The notes beneath the pieces are model-generated. The model made no database searches. It saw only the letters and a list, made by a program, of their open reading frames with translations, and had not been told where the DNA came from. 64,000 nt of DNA from a virus: positions 1 to 64,000 of the IMG/VR virus record IMGVR_UViG_3300032241_003073. The stretch is one strand, 5' to 3'. The position numbers and the translations under genes were made by a program. Positions within the stretch are counted from its first letter, which is position 1. Each line of letters begins with the position of its first letter. Below are positions 27,963 to 37,155 of the stretch, one piece after another.

Positions 27963-28226
27963 TCATGATGTGCCACTTTCTGGATATCTTATTAAGATAA
28001 AATGTTCAGCTAGAGAAATCTCCACAACATTGACGTTAACTGTAATGGATTCGTATTCTAATTCTAACGGACAAATAATTTCTCGTGCCGTTTTTTCGGC
28101 ATGATCCTTATTCAAGATTCCTTGCCCATTGAGGAAGAATGTTGGGATTTGTTTGGTGGCTGATACAGAGAGTCCGATTCTATCGGTTGTATGATGAACG
28201 ATAGTGGCTTGAACTTGGTAGATCAT
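27963..28226 (-). CDS. hypothetical protein
   Basis: AGGAG RBS; QIPTFFL motif. Confidence 0.65.
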   Translation of the reverse strand: MIYQVQATIVHHTTDRIGLSVSATKQIPTFFLNGQGILNKDHAEKTAREIICPLELEYESITVNVNVVEISLAEHFILIRYPESGTS

Positions 28227-28249
28227 TGCAATTCTCCTAAAGTTTGTTT

Positions 28250-29350
28250 TTATGTGTCTTTATTTTTCATTGTGTAGGTAACACTAGTATTTTTATTTTC
28301 TCCAATAAAATACTTAGCTCGAATTAATACTGGTTTTCGGAATATCATTTTTCTTTCTCTTCGTCCAACTCCATGTGCTTGCATTGCAAAGTGGCCTCTT
28401 CTCCAATGAGATTTTGGAGACTTGTGCAGCTTTTCAATGTCTGTGTTTTGTGCAACTTCAATTTGTTCTTCAATTTCATCATAGAATGATACTTTTTGAT
28501 CAAATTCTAAGATGTTAATTGTGGCTAAAAGTTTTTGTTTTGCTTCCGATGCTTTTCTTGTTGGAATTCCTCCACGTTTAGTTGCTTTGGCTTCATCTGT
28601 CCAAATTTTATAATTTGTTGGATCTAAGGGTCCACCAACTTTGACAGTATAAAGAGACATCATCATAGCGAAATTAATGCCTAATCTTTGAACATTCTCG
28701 GCTGCATCAAATTCGTTTTGATGAGAATATCCTTGTCTTCGATTTCTATTTCGAACAATGCTGTCTTCAATTGTTTCATATTCTTCACGATCAGGAGTAA
28801 TATGAGTGATAATATTGTTTTTGTTGTAAAAAGCACTAACTGCAATATAGTGATTTTTTTCATCATGATGTACAAAAACATATTTTGGAGACTCTTCAAT
28901 TTTGTATTTTTCTTTGAGTTGTTCCCTATAATTTTCAGGAATTTCTAAAATAATGACAGGAAATGGCTGTTTGTAATCTTTGAAGCTATATCTTGCTTCT
29001 GCATTTTCCAAGGCTTCACATTGAAGTGCTGTGGGTTGGAAAATCTTAGGACCATCAGCCAAAGACTTTGAAAGTGTGTAGTACCATAGTGTTCCAACTA
29101 CATCGAATTCAATAACGTTTATAATTTCATGAAATACCTTCCACATCATTGTTGGTTGAGAATTAAATTCTTTTTCACTAACGACAATGTCTTGTGGGCT
29201 TGCAGCGATTTCATTGTGAAATACAAATCTACGTGGTCTTGCTTTAATCGCACGTTGCGAAGGAATATCTTCATAAATTATCCAATCTTTTTTCCCAATC
29301 CAGTTTAATGTCGGGATATGCTCACGATGATCAAAAATTGTAAAATCCAT
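28250..29350 (-). CDS. hypothetical protein with C-terminal HWRRGH motif
   Basis: GGAGG RBS before MDFTIF; SPKSHWRRGHF..Q..G motif common in phage proteins. Confidence 0.75.
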   Translation of the reverse strand: MDFTIFDHREHIPTLNWIGKKDWIIYEDIPSQRAIKARPRRFVFHNEIAASPQDIVVSEKEFNSQPTMMWKVFHEIINVIEFDVVGTLWYYTLSKSLADGPKIFQPTALQCEALENAEARYSFKDYKQPFPVIILEIPENYREQLKEKYKIEESPKYVFVHHDEKNHYIAVSAFYNKNNIITHITPDREEYETIEDSIVRNRNRRQGYSHQNEFDAAENVQRLGINFAMMMSLYTVKVGGPLDPTNYKIWTDEAKATKRGGIPTRKASEAKQKLLATINILEFDQKVSFYDEIEEQIEVAQNTDIEKLHKSPKSHWRRGHFAMQAHGVGRRERKMIFRKPVLIRAKYFIGENKNTSVTYTMKNKDT

Positions 29351-29360
29351 GATGACCTCC

Positions 29361-30632
29361 TTATTCAAAGTCCGATAGTTTGTAAAAATTACAGTTTTTA
29401 TCAATACAATTCTTTGTTGCACCTTCGGTAAGAAACCAATGCCAATATTTTGGCTTAGATGTCTTAATGGTGTTAATACTAAGTCCATCTGTTATTACAA
29501 AAATCGCTTCAGGATGTTTTTCCCCATTTGCAATTTCTTTTTGAATTTTTTCTTCTAAAATCGAAAAGCTTGTTCCTCCTCCTCCATATATTTTTTTACT
29601 TTCTATTGTTGTTTCTTCAACCTTGGTATCGAAACAAAACAATCTAACATTGAATCTTTCTTCTGGAAGACTCATTGCTGCTGTAAAGAAGCGATCTTTT
29701 AAATGACCGCAAGATCCAGAAGTGTCCAAATAAAAATAGACATCAATTTTTTTATTGTCGTCTGCTTCTTCAATTTCTCTTTCAGAAGGCAGAAACATAT
29801 GTCTTGACATTGCGTTCAATCTTCGGTCAATTGTTGCCCATTGCTCCTGATCTTTATCTTTGTCAGATAGATATTTTTTACTCCATTTTTTGATAATGCT
29901 TTCCCACTTCTTTTTCTTTTGAGGTTGGCTTACATTTACAAAATCCCATCCTCCTGTGCCAGAGCCAGCAGTGGGATTTTTTTCTTTTTCTTGAAAGTGT
30001 TTTTCTATGATTCCTTGTAAAGATTTTTTTTCTTCTGGAGAAAGTTTTTTATTAAGTTCTTCAATAATTTGTGAAGACTCTTCCATTAAATCGTGATCAT
30101 CCACAAGAACAGGTGTTCCTCCACCTTCTCCATCTCCGATCCATCCATCACCATAAGTTTTATCAAAAAGGTTGTAATAAAATTCAAAAGTTTCTGTTGT
30201 CGGTGGCAATGGATTTTTATGCTTAAAAATTGTATCTACCCAGCAATAGTTTTCTTGTCCAAAAATATTCTCTCTAGAGAATCCAAAATTTTCTACTAGC
30301 GAATGATTGACAACAATATCAATCGCATAATTTACCGCTAAATTATTGGCTTTTCCAGAATCCTTTGCTCTCAATCCATGATTTAATATGATATGTAGTG
30401 CTTCGTGTGCAATCACAAATAGCTTGTGTTCAAATTCAATTTTGCTCCAAAATTTTGGATTAAAAGTAAATAAAACAAACTTTCCCATTTTGTCAAAACC
30501 TACGGCAGCAGTTTCTATTTCTTCGGAAAATACTGGTTTCCCCATCTGCCAAATTTTGTAAAAAACAGCATGATGCTGCTCTAAAGCAAGGCTAATTTCC
30601 AACCATTCTTTGTTTGAAACAACTTCTTGCAT
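29361..30632 (-). CDS. metallopeptidase (DUF2201-like) plus vWA domain protein
   Basis: HEALH (HExxH), N.A.D..VN, DTSGS MIDAS, GGGGTSF, VITDG. Confidence 0.88.
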   Translation of the reverse strand: MQEVVSNKEWLEISLALEQHHAVFYKIWQMGKPVFSEEIETAAVGFDKMGKFVLFTFNPKFWSKIEFEHKLFVIAHEALHIILNHGLRAKDSGKANNLAVNYAIDIVVNHSLVENFGFSRENIFGQENYCWVDTIFKHKNPLPPTTETFEFYYNLFDKTYGDGWIGDGEGGGTPVLVDDHDLMEESSQIIEELNKKLSPEEKKSLQGIIEKHFQEKEKNPTAGSGTGGWDFVNVSQPQKKKKWESIIKKWSKKYLSDKDKDQEQWATIDRRLNAMSRHMFLPSEREIEEADDNKKIDVYFYLDTSGSCGHLKDRFFTAAMSLPEERFNVRLFCFDTKVEETTIESKKIYGGGGTSFSILEEKIQKEIANGEKHPEAIFVITDGLSINTIKTSKPKYWHWFLTEGATKNCIDKNCNFYKLSDFE

Positions 30633-30699
30633 ATATTTTATCCTTTTTTTTGGTGAAAATGAAACAGAGATATCCAAAGATATCTCTGTTTTTAAGCAA

Positions 30700-32265
30700 T
30701 TAGATGTTGGTTGTTGTTCTAACTAATTCGTCCCATAATTGTAAATTCGGCCATTTTTCTTTGGGTGTTAGAGCCTCCTCTTTGATATTCAAATAAGCCT
30801 CGATCGCTTGGAAGCAGTTTTTTGCAATTCCCCACAAATTAGGAAATAACCGCACTGAAGAAGCAAACTCGTTTGCAGCAATTTTTTCTAAAATTGTTAG
30901 TGTTACTAGGCATTGTGTTTCTGATGGTATTTTTGGAACATTTTTTTCAATTTCGGTGTAAACTTTTTTCTTGTCTTCAAGATTTTGAATTGGTAGAAGT
31001 ATGATTTTTCTAAGTGCTTTTTCATAATCTTCCTTGGATTTATTTGGGTTATAATAAAGTTGTGTTGCGGCACTAGATTCTGAATCGCTAAAGACATTTG
31101 CAATGTCTTGATTGTTTGTTAAAAATCTTTTAATTTGAGTTGATAAATTTTTGTTTGTATTTGCTGCTACGATTTCTTTGCAAATGTTCATGTAAACAGG
31201 AACATTTGCAGAATTATCAATAATATGTCGGCAGATGGCATCATTTTCAGCCATAAGCTTAGAGATTTTTTCTTTGGGTAGTAAAGGAATAAAGTATTTT
31301 ATGAATGAATTTGATTTAAGAATATAATTCATTGCTGAACTATAATTGTTTTCATTTTTAAGAAACTTACGAGCGTCTTCTGAATTGCCTGATTGCATGA
31401 GCATTTCAAGTTTTTCAGTAATTGGCCCATTGTTCAAAGCGTCAATAAGACGTGTAACATTACATCCCATAGGCAAAACATCTCTCATGTCGCCTCTGAG
31501 TGTATAAATGTTCAAAGCATATTCTAGCCTTCGTGGGCTAATTTTGTTTTGCCAATTTTGATCTAGTTCCTTCCACCATTGAACAGCCGAATCTGCCAAT
31601 CTATTCCCATATTTTTCACGAAACCATTCAATATTTGGCTCATAAGGAACTTCAATGTGAATGTGATATCTGTCCGTTTGAGCAACGTCCATTTTTTCTA
31701 CATTATATGCGATTTCGTTATCATCATCTGGGTTAATTGCCGCCCAAATGATTTTAAGTTTTGGAAAAGGAGTTCCATTAATAGTTTTAAATTGAGTTAA
31801 TTCCATCAATGCATTTTGAACTTTGGGCTTAGAACGATTTGCCTCATCAAAAAACATAGCTTCAACTGTATTGGGATCAATTCTATGTGGTCGGATTAGT
31901 TCGAGATGACTCCTTCCAGGATCAGCTTGCAAAGCATGCTCTACAATTGACAAAGAGTTTTTTTCTGACATTTTCCAATTATTGCTGACCCATTCAATTG
32001 CCAGATTACGATCAATCTTGTACAATTCTTTAATAATATAGAATTCTTCAGGGATCTTGTTCTCTTGTTTTTCGCAAGGAACGCCTACAAAATCAACCCA
32101 AGGGTCAATAGTAGCCGCAGAGAAATAAAGGAAATTTAACTTATTTCTTTTAAATGCATCTAGAACAATTGTGCTTTTTCCAACGCCTTGTCTTCCAACA
32201 AACAAGACGTTTTGATTGTGCTCAATCCACCAGTCCAATTTCTTTGCCAGCACAAAACTGCTCAT
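30700..32265 (-). CDS. MoxR-like AAA+ ATPase
   Basis: GRQGVGKS, FFDEANRS, AAINP, ISPRR; adjacent to the vWA gene. Confidence 0.88.
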   Translation of the reverse strand: MSSFVLAKKLDWWIEHNQNVLFVGRQGVGKSTIVLDAFKRNKLNFLYFSAATIDPWVDFVGVPCEKQENKIPEEFYIIKELYKIDRNLAIEWVSNNWKMSEKNSLSIVEHALQADPGRSHLELIRPHRIDPNTVEAMFFDEANRSKPKVQNALMELTQFKTINGTPFPKLKIIWAAINPDDDNEIAYNVEKMDVAQTDRYHIHIEVPYEPNIEWFREKYGNRLADSAVQWWKELDQNWQNKISPRRLEYALNIYTLRGDMRDVLPMGCNVTRLIDALNNGPITEKLEMLMQSGNSEDARKFLKNENNYSSAMNYILKSNSFIKYFIPLLPKEKISKLMAENDAICRHIIDNSANVPVYMNICKEIVAANTNKNLSTQIKRFLTNNQDIANVFSDSESSAATQLYYNPNKSKEDYEKALRKIILLPIQNLEDKKKVYTEIEKNVPKIPSETQCLVTLTILEKIAANEFASSVRLFPNLWGIAKNCFQAIEAYLNIKEEALTPKEKWPNLQLWDELVRTTTNI

Positions 32266-32304
32266 TGTTTCCCTCTAAATTAAAGTTTTAAAAATAACTC
32301 TGTA

Positions 32305-32332
32305 AAATTAACACTAAAATTTTATTTGTAAA
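32305..32332 (-). promoter_or_regulatory. sigma70-type early promoter
   Basis: TTTACA-16 nt ending TGT-TAATTT. Confidence 0.45.
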
Positions 32333-33427
32333 TCAGTTTTTTTTATTCCACCAAGATCCCTTTGGAATTTCCCATCCTTCTTCCCAATGGAAAATATCAT
32401 CTTCTTTTTCGTAGACTCGGTATTGTGGTTTTTCATTTATAACACTTTCAATGCTTGAAAGTGTCTTTTTGTAAGCAATTAGATGAATATTGACTCTGCT
32501 AATTTTTGCTTTATTTAAAACCAAATACAAAGCTTTAGCAGGATCTCCATCTTCAGAAAACTGAACGTCTCTCAATCTTGAAACAAAAGGTTCAATTTTT
32601 TCTGGTCCATACCACAAATATGCTTTGGCAACGGCAGCTTGAACTTCTGCTCGTGCAATTGGTAGTTTTTCACTTACCCATTCAATCACAGGTTGCCACT
32701 TATGGGCAAATTCAGCGATTTCTGTTTCAGTGTATCTAACCTTATTTTGCAGACCATTCATGATTGCTCTGCAAAATCCTGCTGTTCGATTGCCAAGTTT
32801 GGTATCAATAACCAATTTAAGTTTTTCAATTGAACTTCTTTTTGCTCCTGAATCTACTGTAAACTTGGCCTCTTCCAAACAATTAAATGTAACATAAAAT
32901 GGCCATTGTTTGCCAGACTCGACTAATCCTGTTAGTCGATGGCGACCATTGTAAACAACTCCATTATAATCAATTCCAATTGCTTCGTCAGATGGTATCC
33001 AACGATCATTTTCAATATCTCTTCTATATGAATCTTTTAGCCATGGTTTGATTTTTCGATTTCCATCTGACTCTTTCCATGTGTTTTCTAAAAGAGATTT
33101 GGCCATCTCTGTTGTCAACATGACGAATTCAGAGTATTGGCTCCCTTTTTTCACATAGTGAAACCAAGGAAGTTTTTCATCATCTTCTAGTTGTTTAAAA
33201 AGGTAATGATCTCTATTTTCGATAGCTTCAGCAAAGATCATCTCTTTGTGCTTTTCGCTTGTGATAATCTTTGGTTCTGGTTTTTTAATTCCTGATGGAC
33301 TGACAAGATGGATGTTGGGAGGATTTAATAGCTTGGTCCTGGCCAGAATCAGGTCAGCTACGGATGTTCTTCCTACAGTAGTAGAATTTTTAACTTCACG
33401 ACTTTTAATTTTTGGTCGCCTTGACAT
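32333..33427 (-). CDS. ParB-like N-terminal domain protein
   Basis: NRKI...YRRDI...W...IGID.NG...NGRHRL; AAGGAG RBS before MSRRPK. Confidence 0.7.
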   Translation of the reverse strand: MSRRPKIKSREVKNSTTVGRTSVADLILARTKLLNPPNIHLVSPSGIKKPEPKIITSEKHKEMIFAEAIENRDHYLFKQLEDDEKLPWFHYVKKGSQYSEFVMLTTEMAKSLLENTWKESDGNRKIKPWLKDSYRRDIENDRWIPSDEAIGIDYNGVVYNGRHRLTGLVESGKQWPFYVTFNCLEEAKFTVDSGAKRSSIEKLKLVIDTKLGNRTAGFCRAIMNGLQNKVRYTETEIAEFAHKWQPVIEWVSEKLPIARAEVQAAVAKAYLWYGPEKIEPFVSRLRDVQFSEDGDPAKALYLVLNKAKISRVNIHLIAYKKTLSSIESVINEKPQYRVYEKEDDIFHWEEGWEIPKGSWWNKKN

Positions 33428-33468
33428 AGAATGCTCCTTTTTTTGCTTTTGAAGCTGAACCCTATGCC

Positions 33469-33496
33469 ATAATATCACAAAAATTTTGATTGTAAA
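33469..33496 (-). promoter_or_regulatory. sigma70-type early promoter
   Basis: TTTACA-16 nt ending TGA-TATTAT. Confidence 0.6.
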
Positions 33497-33522
33497 TCAA
33501 ATTTCTCGTGAATTTTTTTCCT

Positions 33523-34269
33523 TTAGCTGTAAATCTGAATTGCGTTTTTGTCAGAAACAAATATATTCTCTCCAAAAGCAAGCTCAAACCAAATATTGTA
33601 TATGCCTTCGTCATAATCTTCTGTGTCTAAGAAGTAGTAGGCATATCCTTTTTCCCTATAGTCCACAAGAGCCCGATCCACTATCAATCTAAGGTCTTGT
33701 TCTGCTGGGACACAATCTCCGCAGGCAAGTTCTATAGAAACTCGTAAATCTGAGACTATGGCGAGATTTTCGTAATAAGGGAGTATATCGGACCCTCGTG
33801 GAACATTGGGAACAACTTGAATTAAAATATATCGCTTGCTGCCTTTGCGTATTTTATTTGGTCTAAAATTGAAATTAAAATCATATATGGGAGGTATTGG
33901 CGTAGTAAACCACAGGTCTGAATACAATTGAAAATTGTTTGTAATTTGTGCGGTTGAACATTCTCCGCTTTCAAAAACAACAGACCATACGTCTTTATAT
34001 TGTCCAATTGTGTATAAAGGATCTTGTGCCAAAACTTGAACTATATATTGTCCAGTTGCCTCTTGAACAACTTCATTGCCAAGAATTGTTTGAACTAATC
34101 GCAATCCTTGTGGATTGTCTGCTGATTTAAAAGTGTTATCTTGAGTGTAAATTTCTACTTTTTCAATAGATTGGACATCTCTTCGATTGTTACTGTTATA
34201 GGTAAACAATCGAAGATTGATTGTGTCTCCACATGTAGGATTTTGAAAACGCTCAACAGTTCTTGACAT
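33523..34269 (-). CDS. hypothetical virion protein with Ig-like domains
   Basis: two beta-rich halves with G.Y...W motifs; TAAATA and GGAG upstream. Confidence 0.65.
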   Translation of the reverse strand: MSRTVERFQNPTCGDTINLRLFTYNSNNRRDVQSIEKVEIYTQDNTFKSADNPQGLRLVQTILGNEVVQEATGQYIVQVLAQDPLYTIGQYKDVWSVVFESGECSTAQITNNFQLYSDLWFTTPIPPIYDFNFNFRPNKIRKGSKRYILIQVVPNVPRGSDILPYYENLAIVSDLRVSIELACGDCVPAEQDLRLIVDRALVDYREKGYAYYFLDTEDYDEGIYNIWFELAFGENIFVSDKNAIQIYS

Positions 34270-34645
34270 TTTTTCTCCAAAAATTATTTAACGACGCAAA
34301 ATTTTAACTTGAATTAATTGATTTTATTTTCTTTTTGTTCAATAAATTTTTCAATTAAATATTTTCTTAAATTAATTGGCAATTTATAAACTTTTTCAGG
34401 TTCTAATTCCATATGATACAAAAAGAAAAAAATTTCTTCAATAGTTATTGGCATTTTTTGCTCCAAAAATTATTTAACGACGCAAAATTTAATGTTTCTT
34501 TTTACGGGCAGCTTCCATTGCTTGATTTTCTTTTTCTTTTTGCTCAATAAATTTTTCAATTAAAAATTTTCTTAAATTAATTGGCAATTTATAAGTTTTT
34601 TCAGGTTCTAATCCCATGTGATACAAAAAGAAAAAAGTTTCTTCA
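34268..34645. repeat. tandem duplication of about 185 bp (34268-34440 and 34452-34645)
   Basis: identical 30-mer at 34275-34304 and 34461-34490 plus near-identical coding segments. Confidence 0.92.
34314..34454 (-). CDS. 46-aa stand-alone paralogue of the frameshift extension (gp51/gpT-like)
   Basis: TAAATA, GGAG and ATG; MPITIEEIFFFLYHMELEPEKVYKLPINLRKYLIEKFIEQKENKIN. Confidence 0.65.
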   Translation of the reverse strand: MPITIEEIFFFLYHMELEPEKVYKLPINLRKYLIEKFIEQKENKIN

Positions 34646-34704
34646 TTGGTTGCTGTCCAAAATTCTAAGCTTGGGTCTTGTCCTTCTTGCGTCGAGGGGA
34701 GAAA
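34489..34704 (-). CDS. -1 frameshift extension of the gp26-like gene
   Basis: Open -1 frame after A-AAT-TTT-TTC: FLPSTQEGQDPSLEFWTATNEETFFFLYHMGLEPEKTYKLPINLRKFLIEKFIEQKEKENQAMEAARKKKH. Confidence 0.75.
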   Translation of the reverse strand, partial: FLPSTQEGQDPSLEFWTATNEETFFFLYHMGLEPEKTYKLPINLRKFLIEKFIEQKEKENQAMEAARKKKH

Positions 34705-35780
34705 AAATTTGATTCAATTGGTAAATCAATTTCAAAATCCTGTAAGCAGCTTGGGCAAATGATTTCTACGCTTGTGTTTACTCCGAAAGGAGGTTCATTA
34801 ATGCAATTTCTAATATAAGATACATCGCTCATAGGAAGATTTTTAATTAAAATTTGCAATTCGTTTTTGTTTTCTATGCCATCAATATTGTTTAATAGCA
34901 TTGCCGTTCGATAGGTAAGAGTATCATCTGTGGCCGAATCGCCAAACATTTTTATTTTTCTTTCACGATAATTAGAAATTTCTTGTTCATCTCGTCCTGT
35001 AGAAAGTCGATAAGAAAATGGAAGTTTCGTAGTTGGAAGAACGTCTTGTAAATTTGGTCCAAATTCATCTGGACAACTGTCAACATAAAGAGCGTTTAAA
35101 TCAATGGATGTGCTGAATTTTCTTTCGCACTCAGGACATTTAATTTCAACATCGTAGTTTGACCCATAGGAAATGCCACGAAGATAAATTAAAAGATATA
35201 TTCTGTCAATACTTAGCAATTGATCTGTTCGGAATTTTTCTTTGATACATTTTTGAAAAATCATATCCATTGCTTGTCCCTTTTTGACAAGACGAGATGT
35301 TGCTAAAATTTGTTCTTCTTCGCCAGTCATAGTTCTAATCGAAACAATTCCATTAGAAGGTCCATTTGATCCATCATAAAACCTTCCCTTGGAAGGAAGT
35401 TCAATTTCTTCATAAACAGAATTTGTTCCTTTTAGTTCTTCTAATAGTTCTTTTAGGTGATTGGAAGAATTTCCCGAACTTCTATTTTGTGGTTGTGGCG
35501 ATGGGTTTTGTCCAAATCCACTCTTGGGTTCAGGCATCACTCCTTGACTTTTTTCTGCTCTAATCGCTTGAAGAAATTCAGGAGGAATATTTCCTTTAAT
35601 GTTTAATCCTTCTAATGGTCTAATATTCGTGTCTTCATGGGAACTTTGCTTTATTCTTTCTGAAACATTTAATTTGTTTAATTCATCTTCTTCTGTTTGA
35701 TGAGAATGAGATTCGTACATTCCTTCTTGATGAGGTTGCTCTTGATGGGGTCTTCTTGGGCGAAAGCTTTCATCTGCCAT
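34665..35780 (-). CDS. T4 gp26-like baseplate hub / tail assembly chaperone
   Basis: ELPSKGRFY, MTGEEEQIL, DR.YLLIYLRGISYG, two CxxC motifs, C-terminal NFF. Confidence 0.8.
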   Translation of the reverse strand: MADESFRPRRPHQEQPHQEGMYESHSHQTEEDELNKLNVSERIKQSSHEDTNIRPLEGLNIKGNIPPEFLQAIRAEKSQGVMPEPKSGFGQNPSPQPQNRSSGNSSNHLKELLEELKGTNSVYEEIELPSKGRFYDGSNGPSNGIVSIRTMTGEEEQILATSRLVKKGQAMDMIFQKCIKEKFRTDQLLSIDRIYLLIYLRGISYGSNYDVEIKCPECERKFSTSIDLNALYVDSCPDEFGPNLQDVLPTTKLPFSYRLSTGRDEQEISNYRERKIKMFGDSATDDTLTYRTAMLLNNIDGIENKNELQILIKNLPMSDVSYIRNCINEPPFGVNTSVEIICPSCLQDFEIDLPIESNFFSPRRKKDKTQA

Positions 35781-35839
35781 ATTTTATCTCCTTAGATTAC
35801 TAATTTATAATCAAGATATCTTATGGTTAATATAGCTTT

Positions 35840-36199
35840 ATGGAAATAAATTTAAAAAATATTGAAGAATTAATTTTTTTTGACAAAAAATTGCAAGATC
35901 TACTGCCAGAATACCGTCATATATTTGATCAATGGCAAATCGGACAAAGAGTTCCTGGAATGAAATCTCTAGGACAAAGAAGTGTTTTTGAATTGCTTAA
36001 TTCTTTAGGAAAAAAAGAAATTAGTGTTTTACAGAATTATTTTAATGATATAATTGTTTTAAACAGAATTAACAATAAAATTGTTGATCATTATCAATCA
36101 TTTTTTGATGATCAAAATGATTTATGTCAATTTTTTGATTATAAAGATTTTTGTTTAACTATGGATAAAGATAAATTTAATATTACTTTTTGGAGATAA
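35840..36199 (+). CDS. hypothetical protein
   Basis: first ORF of a co-directional cluster. Confidence 0.65.
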   Translation: MEINLKNIEELIFFDKKLQDLLPEYRHIFDQWQIGQRVPGMKSLGQRSVFELLNSLGKKEISVLQNYFNDIIVLNRINNKIVDHYQSFFDDQNDLCQFFDYKDFCLTMDKDKFNITFWR

Positions 36200-36202
36200 A
36201 TT

Positions 36203-36532
36203 ATGAGTTTGCAAGTTTTGATTCTATTTGTTTTAAGCACAATTGGAATGTGTCACATTATTGTTGATGGCTCTATTATGGAATGGTTTAGGAATTATTT
36301 AAAAGAATTTTGCACAAAAATTGGAATTCCTAGTTTTGGAGGAGTGGTAGATTGTTATCTTTGTTGTGGAACATGGTGCGGGTTTTTTATGGGATTAGTT
36401 TGGATTTCACACAATCCATTTCAAGTTTTTGCATGCGGTTGTGCTGGAGGTTTTCTTTCTAATCTTGCGGCTGTGATTCTTAATTGGGTGGAAGCTTCAA
36501 CTATGGTGAATTTGCCAAATGAAAATAATTAA
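36203..36532 (+). CDS. membrane protein (DUF1360-like)
   Basis: TM helices; CYLCCGTWCG motif; GGAG RBS. Confidence 0.65.
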   Translation: MSLQVLILFVLSTIGMCHIIVDGSIMEWFRNYLKEFCTKIGIPSFGGVVDCYLCCGTWCGFFMGLVWISHNPFQVFACGCAGGFLSNLAAVILNWVEASTMVNLPNENN

Positions 36533-36827
36533 TTTTTATCAATTTTTTTGTGATAATTGTAGTTATAAAAGAATTTCTACAGGATCTGATATTCAAGATT
36601 TAATTCAATTAAAACAAAATGCTATACCTCGTGGATCGCCATACCTAGATAAACATACAAATGAAAAAATTGTACCTCCTCCTATAAGTCGATCAAAAAT
36701 TTTTAAGTGTCCGAAATGTGGACATGCGATTAAACCTTTTAAATTAAAAGAGGAAAGTTCAAATGACAGGAAAATCAGTGGGATTGATGGAAGTGAAACA
36801 GGCTTTACGGGACAAGAGATTTCGTGA
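36519..36827 (+). CDS. zinc-ribbon protein
   Basis: CDNC...CPKCG. Confidence 0.65.
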   Translation: MKIINFYQFFCDNCSYKRISTGSDIQDLIQLKQNAIPRGSPYLDKHTNEKIVPPPISRSKIFKCPKCGHAIKPFKLKEESSNDRKISGIDGSETGFTGQEIS

Positions 36828-37146
36828 AAGTTTGCCGGGCGAACTACAACCAGAAATACAAAAATATTTACAAAATCCAGGGTGTGCCTGTAATGTTCCT
36901 ATTTATAAAAAAATTATGATTGAAGCCAAGCAACAACTTCAAAATTATTATCCAAACAGATCAATTGCTAACTTGGAAGAAGAAGCTTCTAAATTAGCTG
37001 AAAATCATTTTAGTGTGATAAATTGTCATGTTGATGAGTTAGAAGAAAAACTAAGAAGGCTCAATCCTGGAAGAAAACAATTAGCCGTAGCAAGGTATGA
37101 GGACAGAGTTACTGTGGTTGTTAATGAATTAGATTTAGTTTTTTAA
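36763..37146 (+). CDS. hypothetical protein
   Basis: GAGGA RBS; NPGCACN motif. Confidence 0.65.
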   Translation: MTGKSVGLMEVKQALRDKRFRESLPGELQPEIQKYLQNPGCACNVPIYKKIMIEAKQQLQNYYPNRSIANLEEEASKLAENHFSVINCHVDELEEKLRRLNPGRKQLAVARYEDRVTVVVNELDLVF

Positions 37147-37155
37147 GGGGAAATT

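Noticed and set aside
27607-27966. Short Ser/Trp-rich minus-strand ORF fragments
   Set aside because: Only about 53 aa open, then broken frames; cannot support a gene or RNA call.
34268-34645. CRISPR mini-array from the identical 30-mers
   Set aside because: Only two copies, and the intervening DNA is itself duplicated coding sequence rather than a unique spacer.
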